From Pseudomonadota bacterium (lineage in GTDB: Bacteria > Pseudomonadota > Gammaproteobacteria > Acidithiobacillales > Acidithiobacillaceae), in NCBI GenBank assembly GCA_021794385.1, contig JAJYQY010000086.1, positions 3,216-67,215 of the forward strand: DNA of 64,000 bases, written 5' to 3'. Shown here in pieces: positions 50,088-58,981 of this stretch. The notes below the pieces were generated by a model. It was not told where the DNA came from and searched no databases. It saw only the letters and a program-made list of their open reading frames with translations. The translations under genes and the position numbers were made by a program. Numbering within the stretch: position 1 is the first letter of the stretch; the number at the start of each line of letters is the position of its first letter.

Positions 50088-51038
50088 ATGTCGCTGCAAC
50101 CCCTTGAGCGCCGGATTACGCTGCGCACGCTCTATCATGCCATGCGTTCGGATCTGCGCTGGCACTGGCTACAGGGTCAAGAGTTGGGTGAGCGATTCCT
50201 CAGCGGCGACCCCTGGGCCGACCAGGACGCCGGCGGCGCCGCTTTAGTCGGCTTTTTCAATTTTATCCGCCCTCATGCCATCCAGGTGCTGGGACGGACC
50301 GAACTGACCTACCTGGAACAAAGCGGCGAAGATATCGATCAATTTTTCCCCCCGGCGCTCCTGGCCCTGGTCATCGGCGAGAGACAGCCGGTGCCGAACC
50401 TCCTCCTGGAGCAACTCCGGCAAAGGAATGTCGCCCTCTTCGTCACCCATCTCGGAGCCCGGCATGTGCTCTCGCGTCTGCAGCATTACCTATATCGCAT
50501 CCTGGCAGCACGGCAACTGGTCCATGGCGTGCTGGTGGATGTCCTCGGCCTCGGCATCCTCCTGCAGGGTGAAGCCGGCATCGGCAAAAGCGAACTGGCC
50601 CTGGAACTGGTGAGCCGTGGTCATCGTCTCATTGCCGACGACAGCGTGCTTTGCATTCGCACCGCACCCGACGTGATCAGCGGCGAATGTCCGCCGCCCC
50701 TGCGCAACTTCCTCGAAGTGCGGGGCCTGGGGATCATCAATATTCGCGACCTCTTTGGCGCCGCGGCCATCGCCCGCTCCAAACGGGTACGCCTGGTGGT
50801 GGAGATCAAGCGTATGGATGACACGGAAATGGCGGACATGGACCGTCTGCAAGGCGCTGTCGGCCACCTCGACATCCTCGACGTCCTGCTACCCCTGCTG
50901 CGTCTGCCCGTGACGCCGGCACGCAATCTCGCCGTGCTGGTGGAAGCCGCGGCGCGCAGCCAGTATCTCAAGGAGTCCGGCGTCGATATGCTGGCCGATT
51001 TTGATGCCCAGGTACGGCGCGCCGCCGCGGAGGAATGA
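50088..51038 (+). CDS. hprK: HPr kinase/phosphorylase
   Basis: HGVLV, GEAGIGKSELALEL, HRLIADD and LEVRGLGII motifs. Confidence 0.95.
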   Translation: MSLQPLERRITLRTLYHAMRSDLRWHWLQGQELGERFLSGDPWADQDAGGAALVGFFNFIRPHAIQVLGRTELTYLEQSGEDIDQFFPPALLALVIGERQPVPNLLLEQLRQRNVALFVTHLGARHVLSRLQHYLYRILAARQLVHGVLVDVLGLGILLQGEAGIGKSELALELVSRGHRLIADDSVLCIRTAPDVISGECPPPLRNFLEVRGLGIINIRDLFGAAAIARSKRVRLVVEIKRMDDTEMADMDRLQGAVGHLDILDVLLPLLRLPVTPARNLAVLVEAAARSQYLKESGVDMLADFDAQVRRAAAEE

Positions 51039-51944
51039 ATGGAAGGACGGGATTTCATCATCGTCAGTGGGCTCTCCGGATCGGGCAAGTCCACCGTTCT
51101 CCAGGCCCTCGAAGACCAGGGCTACTATTGCGTGGACAACCTCCCCGCCACCCTTCTCGCCGACTTTGGCGCAGAGCTTACCCGGCGCGGTGAAAAGCCG
51201 ATGCTGGCCGCCGTCAGCATCGATGTGCGCAACCGCGAATTTCTCACCGCCCTGCCCGCCGCCCTCGCAACCCTGCGCAGCCGCCACGGCCTGCGTCCGC
51301 GCATCCTCTTTCTGGAGGCCGACGAGGCCACCCTGATTCGCCGCTACAGTGAAACCCGCCGCCGCCATCCCCTCACCGATGCCGGCAGCGGCGAGTTGAG
51401 TCCCGCGGGGGCGCTGGTGACGGTACTTCGCCGGGAGCGGGAGATGGTCCAGCCCCTCCTGAACGTCGCGGACAAGCGCCTCGACACCTCGCAGATCAAC
51501 ACCCACCAGTTGCGCCTACGCGTCCAGGCCTGGAGCCTCGCCTCCCGCCATTACGGCGGTCTGGTCCTGCTCCTGCAGTCCTTCGCCTTCAAGAACGGCG
51601 TTCCCCTGGATTCCGACTTCGTCTTCGATCTGCGCGCCCTGCCCAACCCCCATTATGATCCCGCCCTGCGCCCGCTCACCGGCCGCGATGCCGCCGTTCG
51701 CGCCTTTCTCGATGGCGCCCCCGGCGTAGCGGCGGCCCACGATTCCCTGCGCCTTTTTCTGCAATCCTGGCTGGCGCCCTTTGCCGAGGAGCATCGCAAC
51801 TACGTCACCGTCTCTCTGGGCTGTACCGGCGGCCAGCACCGCAGCGTGTATATGGTCGAGGCCTTGAGCCGGGATCTGGCCGAGGAAGGTCGGCGCCTGC
51901 TGGTACAGCATCGCGAGTTGGGTATCACGGAGGCGCGGCCATGA
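51039..51944 (+). CDS. rapZ: RNase adapter RapZ / YvcJ-family P-loop protein
   Basis: SGLSGSGKS, CVDNLP, RRYSETRRRHPL and GCTGGQHRSV motifs. Confidence 0.95.
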   Translation: MEGRDFIIVSGLSGSGKSTVLQALEDQGYYCVDNLPATLLADFGAELTRRGEKPMLAAVSIDVRNREFLTALPAALATLRSRHGLRPRILFLEADEATLIRRYSETRRRHPLTDAGSGELSPAGALVTVLRREREMVQPLLNVADKRLDTSQINTHQLRLRVQAWSLASRHYGGLVLLLQSFAFKNGVPLDSDFVFDLRALPNPHYDPALRPLTGRDAAVRAFLDGAPGVAAAHDSLRLFLQSWLAPFAEEHRNYVTVSLGCTGGQHRSVYMVEALSRDLAEEGRRLLVQHRELGITEARP

Positions 51945-52342
51945 TCGGCCTGCTGCTCCTCACCCATGACGGAATCGGCCAGGCCTTTATGGCCGCCATA
52001 ACCCACATCTTCGGCAGCACTCCAGCGGCCCTGAGAGTTCTCGAAATCCTCCCTGATCAAGGACTGGAAGAGAGCCGCTGGCGCCTCCGTCAAGCCCTGG
52101 AGAGCCTGGATGAAGGGGACGGGGTGCTGGTCCTCACCGACCTTTTCGGCGCCACCCCCAGCAATCTCCTGTTGACGGTCCTGCGCCCCGGCCGGGTAGA
52201 GGCCGTAAGCGGACTCAACCTCCCTATGCTGCTGCGCGCCCTGTCCCGCCGCGCGGAAGGCCTGACTGCCGCCCGGGAAGGCGCCCTGGACGGGGCGCAT
52301 CAGGGGATCGTGGACCTCACCGCCCATGCCGCCAAGCACTGA
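51941..52342 (+). CDS. PTS EIIA mannose-family component
   Basis: LLLTH, LTDLFGATPSN and SGLNLPML motifs. Confidence 0.92.
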   Translation: MIGLLLLTHDGIGQAFMAAITHIFGSTPAALRVLEILPDQGLEESRWRLRQALESLDEGDGVLVLTDLFGATPSNLLLTVLRPGRVEAVSGLNLPMLLRALSRRAEGLTAAREGALDGAHQGIVDLTAHAAKH

Positions 52343-52469
52343 GCTGATCACAGCCGGTGGCCCATCTGCGACAGTCGCGCTATGCTCTTTCTGCATCCCC
52401 TTGACGCTGAAAACGGCAAAATCATCCCAGCAACTGCCGAATCCCGGTGGAAACAAAGAGGCAAGCCCA

Positions 52470-52742
52470 GTGACCGTGCGCGTGGAATTACAGATCATCA
52501 ACCAGCTTGGCCTGCATGCCCGGGCTTCGGCCAAATTTGTCAGTCTGGCCTCGCGCTTCCCCTGCGCGGTCTGGCTGGAACGCAACGGCCAACGGGTGAA
52601 CGGCAAGAGCATCATGGGCGTCATGACCCTTGCCGCCGCCCAGGGCAGCACCCTGACCCTGGAAACGGATGGTCCCCAGGAAGGGGAATGCGCTACGGCC
52701 CTGCTGGATCTGGCCGCCAATCGTTTTGGAGAAGCAGCGTGA
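52470..52742 (+). CDS. ptsH: Phosphocarrier protein HPr/NPr
   Basis: GLHARAS (His15) and NGKSIMG (Ser46). GTG start at 52470. Confidence 0.92.
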   Translation: MTVRVELQIINQLGLHARASAKFVSLASRFPCAVWLERNGQRVNGKSIMGVMTLAAAQGSTLTLETDGPQEGECATALLDLAANRFGEAA

Positions 52743-54451
52743 GCTTCGAACTTGCCGGTATCGGCGCGTCGGCGGGCATTGCCATAGGTCCCGCCCTGGT
52801 CCTGGAGCCGGCCACCCTGGATATTCCCGAATATCGTATCGAGGCCAAGGCCGTCGAGGCGGAAAGTGCGCGGCTGCGGGCCGCCCTAGCCACCGCCCGT
52901 GACGAGCTGCTGCTGGTGCGCGATGCCATCCCCAGCGACGCCCCCCAGGAAACCCGGCTTTTCATTGACGCCCACCTCCTCATGCTGGACGACCCTGCCT
53001 TGCGGGAGCGGCCCCTGCGCGCCATCCGCGAGGAGGGTCGCAATGCCGCCTGGGCCATCCACCATGAACGGGAGCGTCTCCTGGAAATCTTTGACCGCAT
53101 GGAAGATGCCTACCTGCGCGCCAAGCGCGACGACATCATCCAGGTCACCGAACGGGTCCTGCGTCAACTCCTCGGCGGCAAGCCGCCCCTCGCCCACACC
53201 GGTGAAGGGCATATCATCGTGGCCGAAGACCTCAGTCCCGCCGACACGGTACTCATGAAACGCGACCGTGTCCTTGCCTGCGTCACGGATTTTGGCGGCT
53301 CCACCTCCCATACGGCCATCATCGCCAGGAGCCTCGGACTGCCTGCTGTGGTCGGCACCCACCTGGGCACCCGCCTGCTGCGGAGTGGCGATACGATCAT
53401 TGTCGATGGCGATCAGGGCATCCTGCTGGTTGATCCGGATACCACCATGCTGCGGGAATATCAGGCACTGCAAAAACGCCGGCAACGCCGCCGTCACCTG
53501 CTCGAAGAGTTGCGCGATCTGCCCGCCACCACGGTCGATGGGACACGGGTCCGCCTGCGCGCCAACATCGAGCTACCCGACGATCGGGATTTCGTGCACC
53601 GGGTCAACGCCGAAGGGGTAGGCCTCTATCGCAGCGAATTCCTCTTCATGAACCGTCCCGAGGCCCCCGACGAGGAGGAGCAATTCAATGCCTTTGCCGA
53701 GGTCGTCAGCGCCATGCGCGGCGAACCCGTAACGATCCGCTCCCTGGACATCGGCGCCGATAAGAGCCTGCGCAGCGAAGGCATGGAAGAAAACACGGCG
53801 GTCAACCCGGCCCTCGGCCTGCGCGGTCTGCGCCTTTGTCTGCGCCGTCCCGAATGGTTTCGTCCGCACCTGCGCGCCATCCTCCGCGCCTCTGCCCTGG
53901 GGCCCGTTTGCCTCATGCTCCCCATGCTGACCAGCATGGGCGAACTCCGCCAGGCCAAGGCTCTCGTGCGCGTCCTGCAACAGGAATTGTGCGCGGAAGG
54001 ATTGCCCTTTGATCTGCAGATGCCCCTGGGCATCATGGTAGAAGTCCCCGCCGTCGCCATGGCCGCCGCACACTTCGCCCGCGAGGCCGATTTTTTCTCC
54101 ATCGGTACCAACGACCTCATCCAGTACGCCCTGGCGGTGGATCGTGGCGACGACGACGTCAACGACCTCTTCGACCCCCTCCATGCCGGGGTCCTGGCCA
54201 TGATCCGCAACACCATCGTCGCCGGCCACGCCGCCGGCATCCCCGTGGCCATGTGCGGAGAAATGGCCGGCAACTCCGCTTATACGGAACTCCTGCTCGG
54301 GCTGGGTCTGCGCGAATTCAGCATGTATCCGGGAGCCATACCCGAGGTCAAGGAGATCATCCGCCGCACCCGCATCGACCATGCCGAAGCCTTGGCCCAG
54401 GCCCTGCTGGCGGGTGACCGGGGGGCCCTGGAAGCGCGTCGGGAAGACTGA
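52739..54451 (+). CDS. ptsI: PTS enzyme I (no GAF domain)
   Basis: GGSTSHTAI, GVGLYRSEF, NPALGLRG, FSIGTNDL and MCGEMAG. GTG overlaps the HPr stop. Confidence 0.95.
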   Translation: MSFELAGIGASAGIAIGPALVLEPATLDIPEYRIEAKAVEAESARLRAALATARDELLLVRDAIPSDAPQETRLFIDAHLLMLDDPALRERPLRAIREEGRNAAWAIHHERERLLEIFDRMEDAYLRAKRDDIIQVTERVLRQLLGGKPPLAHTGEGHIIVAEDLSPADTVLMKRDRVLACVTDFGGSTSHTAIIARSLGLPAVVGTHLGTRLLRSGDTIIVDGDQGILLVDPDTTMLREYQALQKRRQRRRHLLEELRDLPATTVDGTRVRLRANIELPDDRDFVHRVNAEGVGLYRSEFLFMNRPEAPDEEEQFNAFAEVVSAMRGEPVTIRSLDIGADKSLRSEGMEENTAVNPALGLRGLRLCLRRPEWFRPHLRAILRASALGPVCLMLPMLTSMGELRQAKALVRVLQQELCAEGLPFDLQMPLGIMVEVPAVAMAAAHFAREADFFSIGTNDLIQYALAVDRGDDDVNDLFDPLHAGVLAMIRNTIVAGHAAGIPVAMCGEMAGNSAYTELLLGLGLREFSMYPGAIPEVKEIIRRTRIDHAEALAQALLAGDRGALEARRED

Positions 54452-54521
54452 CATGCGCAACCATCCGACCTTCGTGGCAGCCCTCCTGCCGCTACCAGCC
54501 GCCGCCAGGCTATGGCCTCCC

Positions 54522-54730
54522 ATGAACCTGAAAACGGCAGTTGGCGGAGGTGTTTTGCCGCGACTTCGGCCCAAGCCGTCGTTGTTCTTGGCAAAAGCCC
54601 GCGCCCGGCAGGCGAACTGTCTGAGCCCGCAGGGCGAGTTTTCGCCTGCCGGCGGGATGAGCCGTAGAACAACAGGCGCGGGCCGCCGGAGCAAAAAACA
54701 CCTGCGCCAACCGCCGGAGCTAGGATGAAA
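54522..54730 (+). repeat. ~205-bp rod-like hairpin repeat (MITE-like or structured RNA), copy A
   Basis: Colinear similarity to 57076-57281. Nested inverted repeats: ends, GTTGTTCT/AGAACAAC and CCGGCAGGCGAA/TTCGCCTGCCGG. Confidence 0.85.
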
Positions 54731-56008
54731 ATCGCCGGCTGGCGGTCGATCGGTCTTTTCACCCTTGCCGTGGCCCTCGTCGGTGCTCTCGCCGTGGGCA
54801 TCTGGTGGCAGCAGGACGGCCCGCGCTATCTCCTCGAAAGGATCCTCTCCAGCCGGCTCGTCCAGCCGGTCCGGCTGGCCCATAACCCGCAGTTCTCCGC
54901 CACCACCCGGGCCCTGCAGATCAGCTTGCCGGGGCTGCGCATCGGCCCGGCGGCAAGGCCCTGTTTTGCCGCGTCCCGACTCACCCTGACCCTGGCTGCA
55001 CGCCCCCTCCTGGCAGGGCAGATACAGATCCGGAAATTATCCATGGAAAGACCGCAACTCCGCCTGCCCTGCCCCAGCCCAGGGGGAGGCTCCTCCTCCG
55101 GCGCTCTGATCTGGCCCGCCAGCGTGAGCATTGACGACGGTACCATCCTCTGGCAACCGGCAGGCCAATCCCCCATCACCATCAGCCGGCTTCAGGCCAG
55201 GATCCCGGCTGCCGGACAGGCCATGATCCAGGGTCACTGGCAATGGCAAAAAAAGACGGGGACGGTGGAAATGAACGCCAGCGGCGGCCCCTTCCTTGGC
55301 TCGATCCTGCACTGGCAGGACCTCCGTATCAGCGCGGACAGCGAGCCCGGACAGGGGGCCCATGCCCGGATCGCCATTGCGCAACTTGATCTCGACCGGG
55401 GACGCCTGAGCCTCCCCCAGCTTGTGGCCAGCCTGCATTGGCACGGACAGACGGCCCAAGTCCGCGCCACAGCCGTTGCCGCCAATCTGCGCGCCGGATC
55501 CCTGCAGATCGGTGACTGGCAAATGGACATGGGCCGCTACGGGCAGATGGGAGGACAACTGGAAAAAGGCCAACAAAAACCTCTGCAAGGCAGCATGACC
55601 TTCCATGCCGATCTGCACGACCTGCCGCAACTCGCCCACAACTGGGGTATCCACTTCCCCACCCTGCGCGACCCCAACGCCCTGCAAACGATCTCCTTCC
55701 AGGGCCAGGGGCAGGTACGGGACGGCCGCTTCCTGCTCAGCATGAATAACGGTATTCTTGACCAGAGCCACTGGTCCGGACAGATGACCGGGCAATGGCA
55801 ACCCTGGCAGATCCACCTCAATCTGCAACTCGATCAGCTCGATCTCGGCCAGTATCTACCGCCGCCGGCTCCCGGCAAAGCCATGACCCTGCCGCCCCTG
55901 CCGCAACAATGGCCCATCACCGGCCAGATCCACATCGACCAGTTGCGCTGGGGTCAGATCCGCGCCACCGGCCTGCTGATCCGCAGCACTTCCAGCACCA
56001 AGTCGTGA
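54725..56008 (+). CDS. AsmA-like protein
   Basis: N-terminal TM segment, beta-rich body, LQLDQLDLGQYLP, and the asmA-mutY-yggX gene order. Confidence 0.7.
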   Translation: MKIAGWRSIGLFTLAVALVGALAVGIWWQQDGPRYLLERILSSRLVQPVRLAHNPQFSATTRALQISLPGLRIGPAARPCFAASRLTLTLAARPLLAGQIQIRKLSMERPQLRLPCPSPGGGSSSGALIWPASVSIDDGTILWQPAGQSPITISRLQARIPAAGQAMIQGHWQWQKKTGTVEMNASGGPFLGSILHWQDLRISADSEPGQGAHARIAIAQLDLDRGRLSLPQLVASLHWHGQTAQVRATAVAANLRAGSLQIGDWQMDMGRYGQMGGQLEKGQQKPLQGSMTFHADLHDLPQLAHNWGIHFPTLRDPNALQTISFQGQGQVRDGRFLLSMNNGILDQSHWSGQMTGQWQPWQIHLNLQLDQLDLGQYLPPPAPGKAMTLPPLPQQWPITGQIHIDQLRWGQIRATGLLIRSTSSTKS

Positions 56009-56010
56009 GC

Positions 56011-57072
56011 ATGCAGCCCCTTGCCGCCCCCCTCCTGCGCTGGTATGCCAGCCACGGCCGCCATGATCTCCCCTGGCGCCAGACCCGCGACCCCTATCGC
56101 CTGTGGCTGGCCGAGATCATGCTCCAGCAAACCCGGGTCGAAACCGTCAAACCCTACTATGCCCGCTTTCTTGCGCATTTCCCCACCTGGCAGGCCCTCG
56201 CCGGCGCGCCGCAGGATGAGGTCCTTGCCCTGTGGAGTGGCCTGGGCTACTACGCCCGCGCCCGCAATGCCCAGGTCGCCGCCCGGATCATCATCGAGCA
56301 GCACCGGGGGCGCTTTCCCGACACCATGGCCGCCGCCACCGCCCTGCCCGGGGTCGGGCGCAGTACCGCCGCCGCCGTCCTCGCCAGCGCCTACGGCCAA
56401 GGCCAGGCCATCCTCGATGCCAACGCCCGCCGCATCCTCATCCGCTACCACGCCATTGCCACCGACCCCCACCAGCAACGCACCCTGCAGATACTCTGGT
56501 CCCTGGCCGAAAGCCACACCCCCGCCGCCGCCCACGTTTACAATCAGGCCATCCAGGACCTGGGCGCCCTGTGCTGCACGCCGCGCCGGCCCCTCTGCGG
56601 CCAATGCCCCCTCCAGACCGGCTGCCAAGCCCGGCGCCAGGGGTGCAGCGACACCCTCCCCCGGCGCCGGGAACAGTCCCAAAAACCGGAACGCCAGGTC
56701 TGGTTCGCCCTCCTCGACGATGGCACTGGCCGCATCCTGCTGGAGAAACAGCCCCAGGAAGGGCTCTGGGGCGGCCTGTGGACACTCCCCCAGTGGCCGC
56801 GGGGTGGCGAAACCGCCGCCGTGGCCCTCCAGGCATTCTCCCGGACAGCGGGCCTGTCCCTGCGGCATCACGCCACGGGGCCGGAGCAACGCCACGCCTT
56901 CACCCACTTTACCCTCCGTTTCCAATGCATCGAGGCCGTGCTGCAGGGGGCCGAACTGCGCGCACCAGCCCGGGAGCAGCAATGGTGCACCATCGCCCAG
57001 ACGGCGGAGCGGGGACTCCCTACCCCGGTTCGCCGCCTGCTGGCATTATTCTCTAGCAAAAGAATCGGTTAA
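56011..57072 (+). CDS. mutY: A/G-specific adenine glycosylase
   Basis: RHDLPWR, EIMLQQT, WSGLGYYARARN, LPGVGRSTA and the Fe-S motif C-x6-C-x2-C-x5-C. Confidence 0.96.
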   Translation: MQPLAAPLLRWYASHGRHDLPWRQTRDPYRLWLAEIMLQQTRVETVKPYYARFLAHFPTWQALAGAPQDEVLALWSGLGYYARARNAQVAARIIIEQHRGRFPDTMAAATALPGVGRSTAAAVLASAYGQGQAILDANARRILIRYHAIATDPHQQRTLQILWSLAESHTPAAAHVYNQAIQDLGALCCTPRRPLCGQCPLQTGCQARRQGCSDTLPRRREQSQKPERQVWFALLDDGTGRILLEKQPQEGLWGGLWTLPQWPRGGETAAVALQAFSRTAGLSLRHHATGPEQRHAFTHFTLRFQCIEAVLQGAELRAPAREQQWCTIAQTAERGLPTPVRRLLALFSSKRIG

Positions 57073-57075
57073 ACT

Positions 57076-57281
57076 ATGATCCTGAAAATGGCAATTGCCG
57101 GGATGTTTTGCCGCGACTTTGCCCCATGGCGTTGTTGTTCTTGGCGAAATCGCGCGCCGGCAGGCGAATTGTTTGAGCCCGTCAGGGCAGTTTAGCCTGC
57201 CAGAGGGATGAGCCCTGGAACAACAGGCGTGGGACACCGGAGCAAAAAATATTTCCGCCGACTGCCGAATCTAGGATAAAA
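57076..57281 (+). repeat. ~205-bp rod-like hairpin repeat, copy B
   Basis: Diverged direct repeat of 54522-54730 with the same nested pairing pattern. Confidence 0.85.
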
Positions 57282-57360
57282 CAGCTTCGGAGATACGCAT
57301 GCGCATCCCCGAATGCAAGGCTTCTTACCCGCTGCGGCGGTTTTCACTGAGGATTACGGC

Positions 57361-57633
57361 ATGACGCGTATGGTGCACTGTGTAAAACTGGATCGAGAGG
57401 CCGAAGGGCTGGCCATCCCCCCTTATCCCGGCCCCCTGGGCAAACGAATCTATGAGCAGGTTTCCAAGGAAGCCTGGCAGGGCTGGCTCAAACACCAAAC
57501 CATGCTCATCAACGAGTATCGCCTCTCACCCATCGATCCGAAATCCCGACTGTTCCTCGAAAAACAGATGGAATCCTACTTTTTTGGAGAGGGCGCCCAA
57601 ACTCCCGAAGGTTACGTCCCCCCCGCCCCCTGA
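57361..57633 (+). CDS. yggX: Fe(II)-trafficking / oxidative damage protection protein
   Basis: [10 protein letters not shown]...[12 protein letters not shown]...W..HQTMLINE. Confidence 0.95.
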   Translation: MTRMVHCVKLDREAEGLAIPPYPGPLGKRIYEQVSKEAWQGWLKHQTMLINEYRLSPIDPKSRLFLEKQMESYFFGEGAQTPEGYVPPAP

Positions 57634-57706
57634 AAGCGGCTGCCCAACCCCCCCTTCTGCCCAAGACGGGGGTATTTTCCGCCATGCCTATGAACTCGCC
57701 CCTTTC

Positions 57707-58177
57707 TCAGCTTGTTGGAGTAAGACGGTTTCCCAGGAGACGGGCATCCAGTGGATAACGATAAACAGCGGAAATGACGCAACGCGCGGCCGCCGGATGC
57801 CGCGGGTTGAGTAAGGCGTTATAGGTTTCCGGAACCAGGATACTCGGCACGCGCAGGATGGCCGAGGAAAGCTCCGCCAACCACTTGTCCCCCAACCGTT
57901 GGGTCCGGGCCTGATGGCGCAACCCACCGTCGGGAAGCGTAGTGGGGTCCACCGTCTCCATGGGGACATCGTCGGGCACCTCAATCCGAAGCCATTGGAA
58001 GGCCTCCGGAATATCCTCCCGATCCAGTTCGAGATGCACCAGCGTTTCCAGCAGCGCGGTGGCTGGATCAGGCGCACAATAAACCACCGGACGGCCGCGC
58101 AGCGACCAGCGCCCGGAAGCCCGCAGCCCGCCCAACCCGTCTAACGCGGCGTGGTTACTGATCCGCCACAAAATCAC
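57707..58177 (-). CDS. RES-domain toxin (type II TA)
   Basis: LWRIS, GGLRASGRW, VVYCA, ALLETLVH, VPS and NALLNPRHP motifs. Confidence 0.9.
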   Translation of the reverse strand: MILWRISNHAALDGLGGLRASGRWSLRGRPVVYCAPDPATALLETLVHLELDREDIPEAFQWLRIEVPDDVPMETVDPTTLPDGGLRHQARTQRLGDKWLAELSSAILRVPSILVPETYNALLNPRHPAAARCVISAVYRYPLDARLLGNRLTPTS

Positions 58178-58178
58178 C

Positions 58179-58622
58179 TCAGGCCGCCATGCCCGAGTCG
58201 ATGCGGATCAGCCACTCCTCCACCAGGCGCGCCCCGGTCTCAGTCTCCAGGGCCATCAGCGGCGTGCGCCCCCCGAGACCCGATTTCGGCTTCCGCAGCC
58301 AGCGCAGCGCTTTGTCTTCGGCCCCAAATACCTGGTGGGCCAACGTGAGGCTACGTAGGACCCGCAACAATCGGTCCGACTCCTCCCGGTTCAAAACACC
58401 CAGCGCCCGGCGATGGGACAGTGTGCGCGGGGGGATGACCAGGGCATGGACCTCCGCTTTGGTCAGCCCCAGATCCAGGAGGAGCTGCAGCTTGGCGAGC
58501 GGTATCCCGGATTCCGCGAGATCGAGAAAAGCCTCGTCCGCGACCGGGCTAACCCCCAGTAAATCCGCCATGGTCCAGGGTCCGGTCCGCCTTTGAGCAA
58601 TGGAAACAGCGGTAGTCATCAT
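58179..58622 (-). CDS. Xre/MbcA/ParS-type antitoxin
   Basis: IPPRTLSHRR, ESDRLLR, VFG..DKALRWL and TPL...TETGARLV. Immediately upstream of the RES gene. Confidence 0.9.
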   Translation of the reverse strand: MMTTAVSIAQRRTGPWTMADLLGVSPVADEAFLDLAESGIPLAKLQLLLDLGLTKAEVHALVIPPRTLSHRRALGVLNREESDRLLRVLRSLTLAHQVFGAEDKALRWLRKPKSGLGGRTPLMALETETGARLVEEWLIRIDSGMAA

Positions 58623-58634
58623 TGATCTCCTCAT

Positions 58635-58656
58635 GAGGCAGCCTGCCTCTATTATA
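58635..58656 (-). promoter_or_regulatory. TA promoter -10 box and putative operator
   Basis: TATAAT on the minus strand at 58651-58656, adjacent to the palindrome GAGGCAG-C-CTGCCTC (58635-58649) over the expected start site. Confidence 0.6.
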
Positions 58657-58736
58657 GCGGCAGACGGCGAGAACGCGACCGAACATCTTCTTCGTCAACA
58701 AGCTGAGAATGGTTCATAGCATGTTTTCCGAATGCG

Positions 58737-58820
58737 CGTCGTTGCCGAACGACAGGCATTTTTCATTTTGAATCATCGCGTTGGGCAGTACAGCATGGCT
58801 TTTGTCGTCGGCAAGTGACG
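58737..58820 (+). promoter_or_regulatory. Two GlrR(QseF)-type enhancer sites
   Basis: CGTC-N10-GACA (58737-58754) and TGTC-N10-GACG (58803-58820), each one mismatch from TGTC-N10-GACA. Confidence 0.7.
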
Positions 58821-58892
58821 AGTCAGTATCCGCATTTCGGCAGCAAATCCCATATATTTAAAAAATATCAACATAATCAATATAGTAAAATA

Positions 58893-58909
58893 TTGGTACA
58901 AAATATGCT
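58893..58909 (+). promoter_or_regulatory. Sigma54 -24/-12 promoter
   Basis: TTGGTACAAAATATGCT has GG at 58895-58896, N10, then GC at 58907-58908. Preceded by an AT-rich tract with ATCAA (IHF-like) words. Confidence 0.75.
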
Positions 58910-58981
58910 AAGGAATAGGCGCTGAGAAATCACAGCTCCGCTACAGCGGAATATCGAGCCACTCAATTGAGGAGTTATTTT

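Noticed and set aside
54381-54728. 115-aa ORF, and 57046-57237, over the hairpin repeats
   Set aside because: The reading frame is not preserved between the two copies, so the conservation is at nucleotide or structure level.
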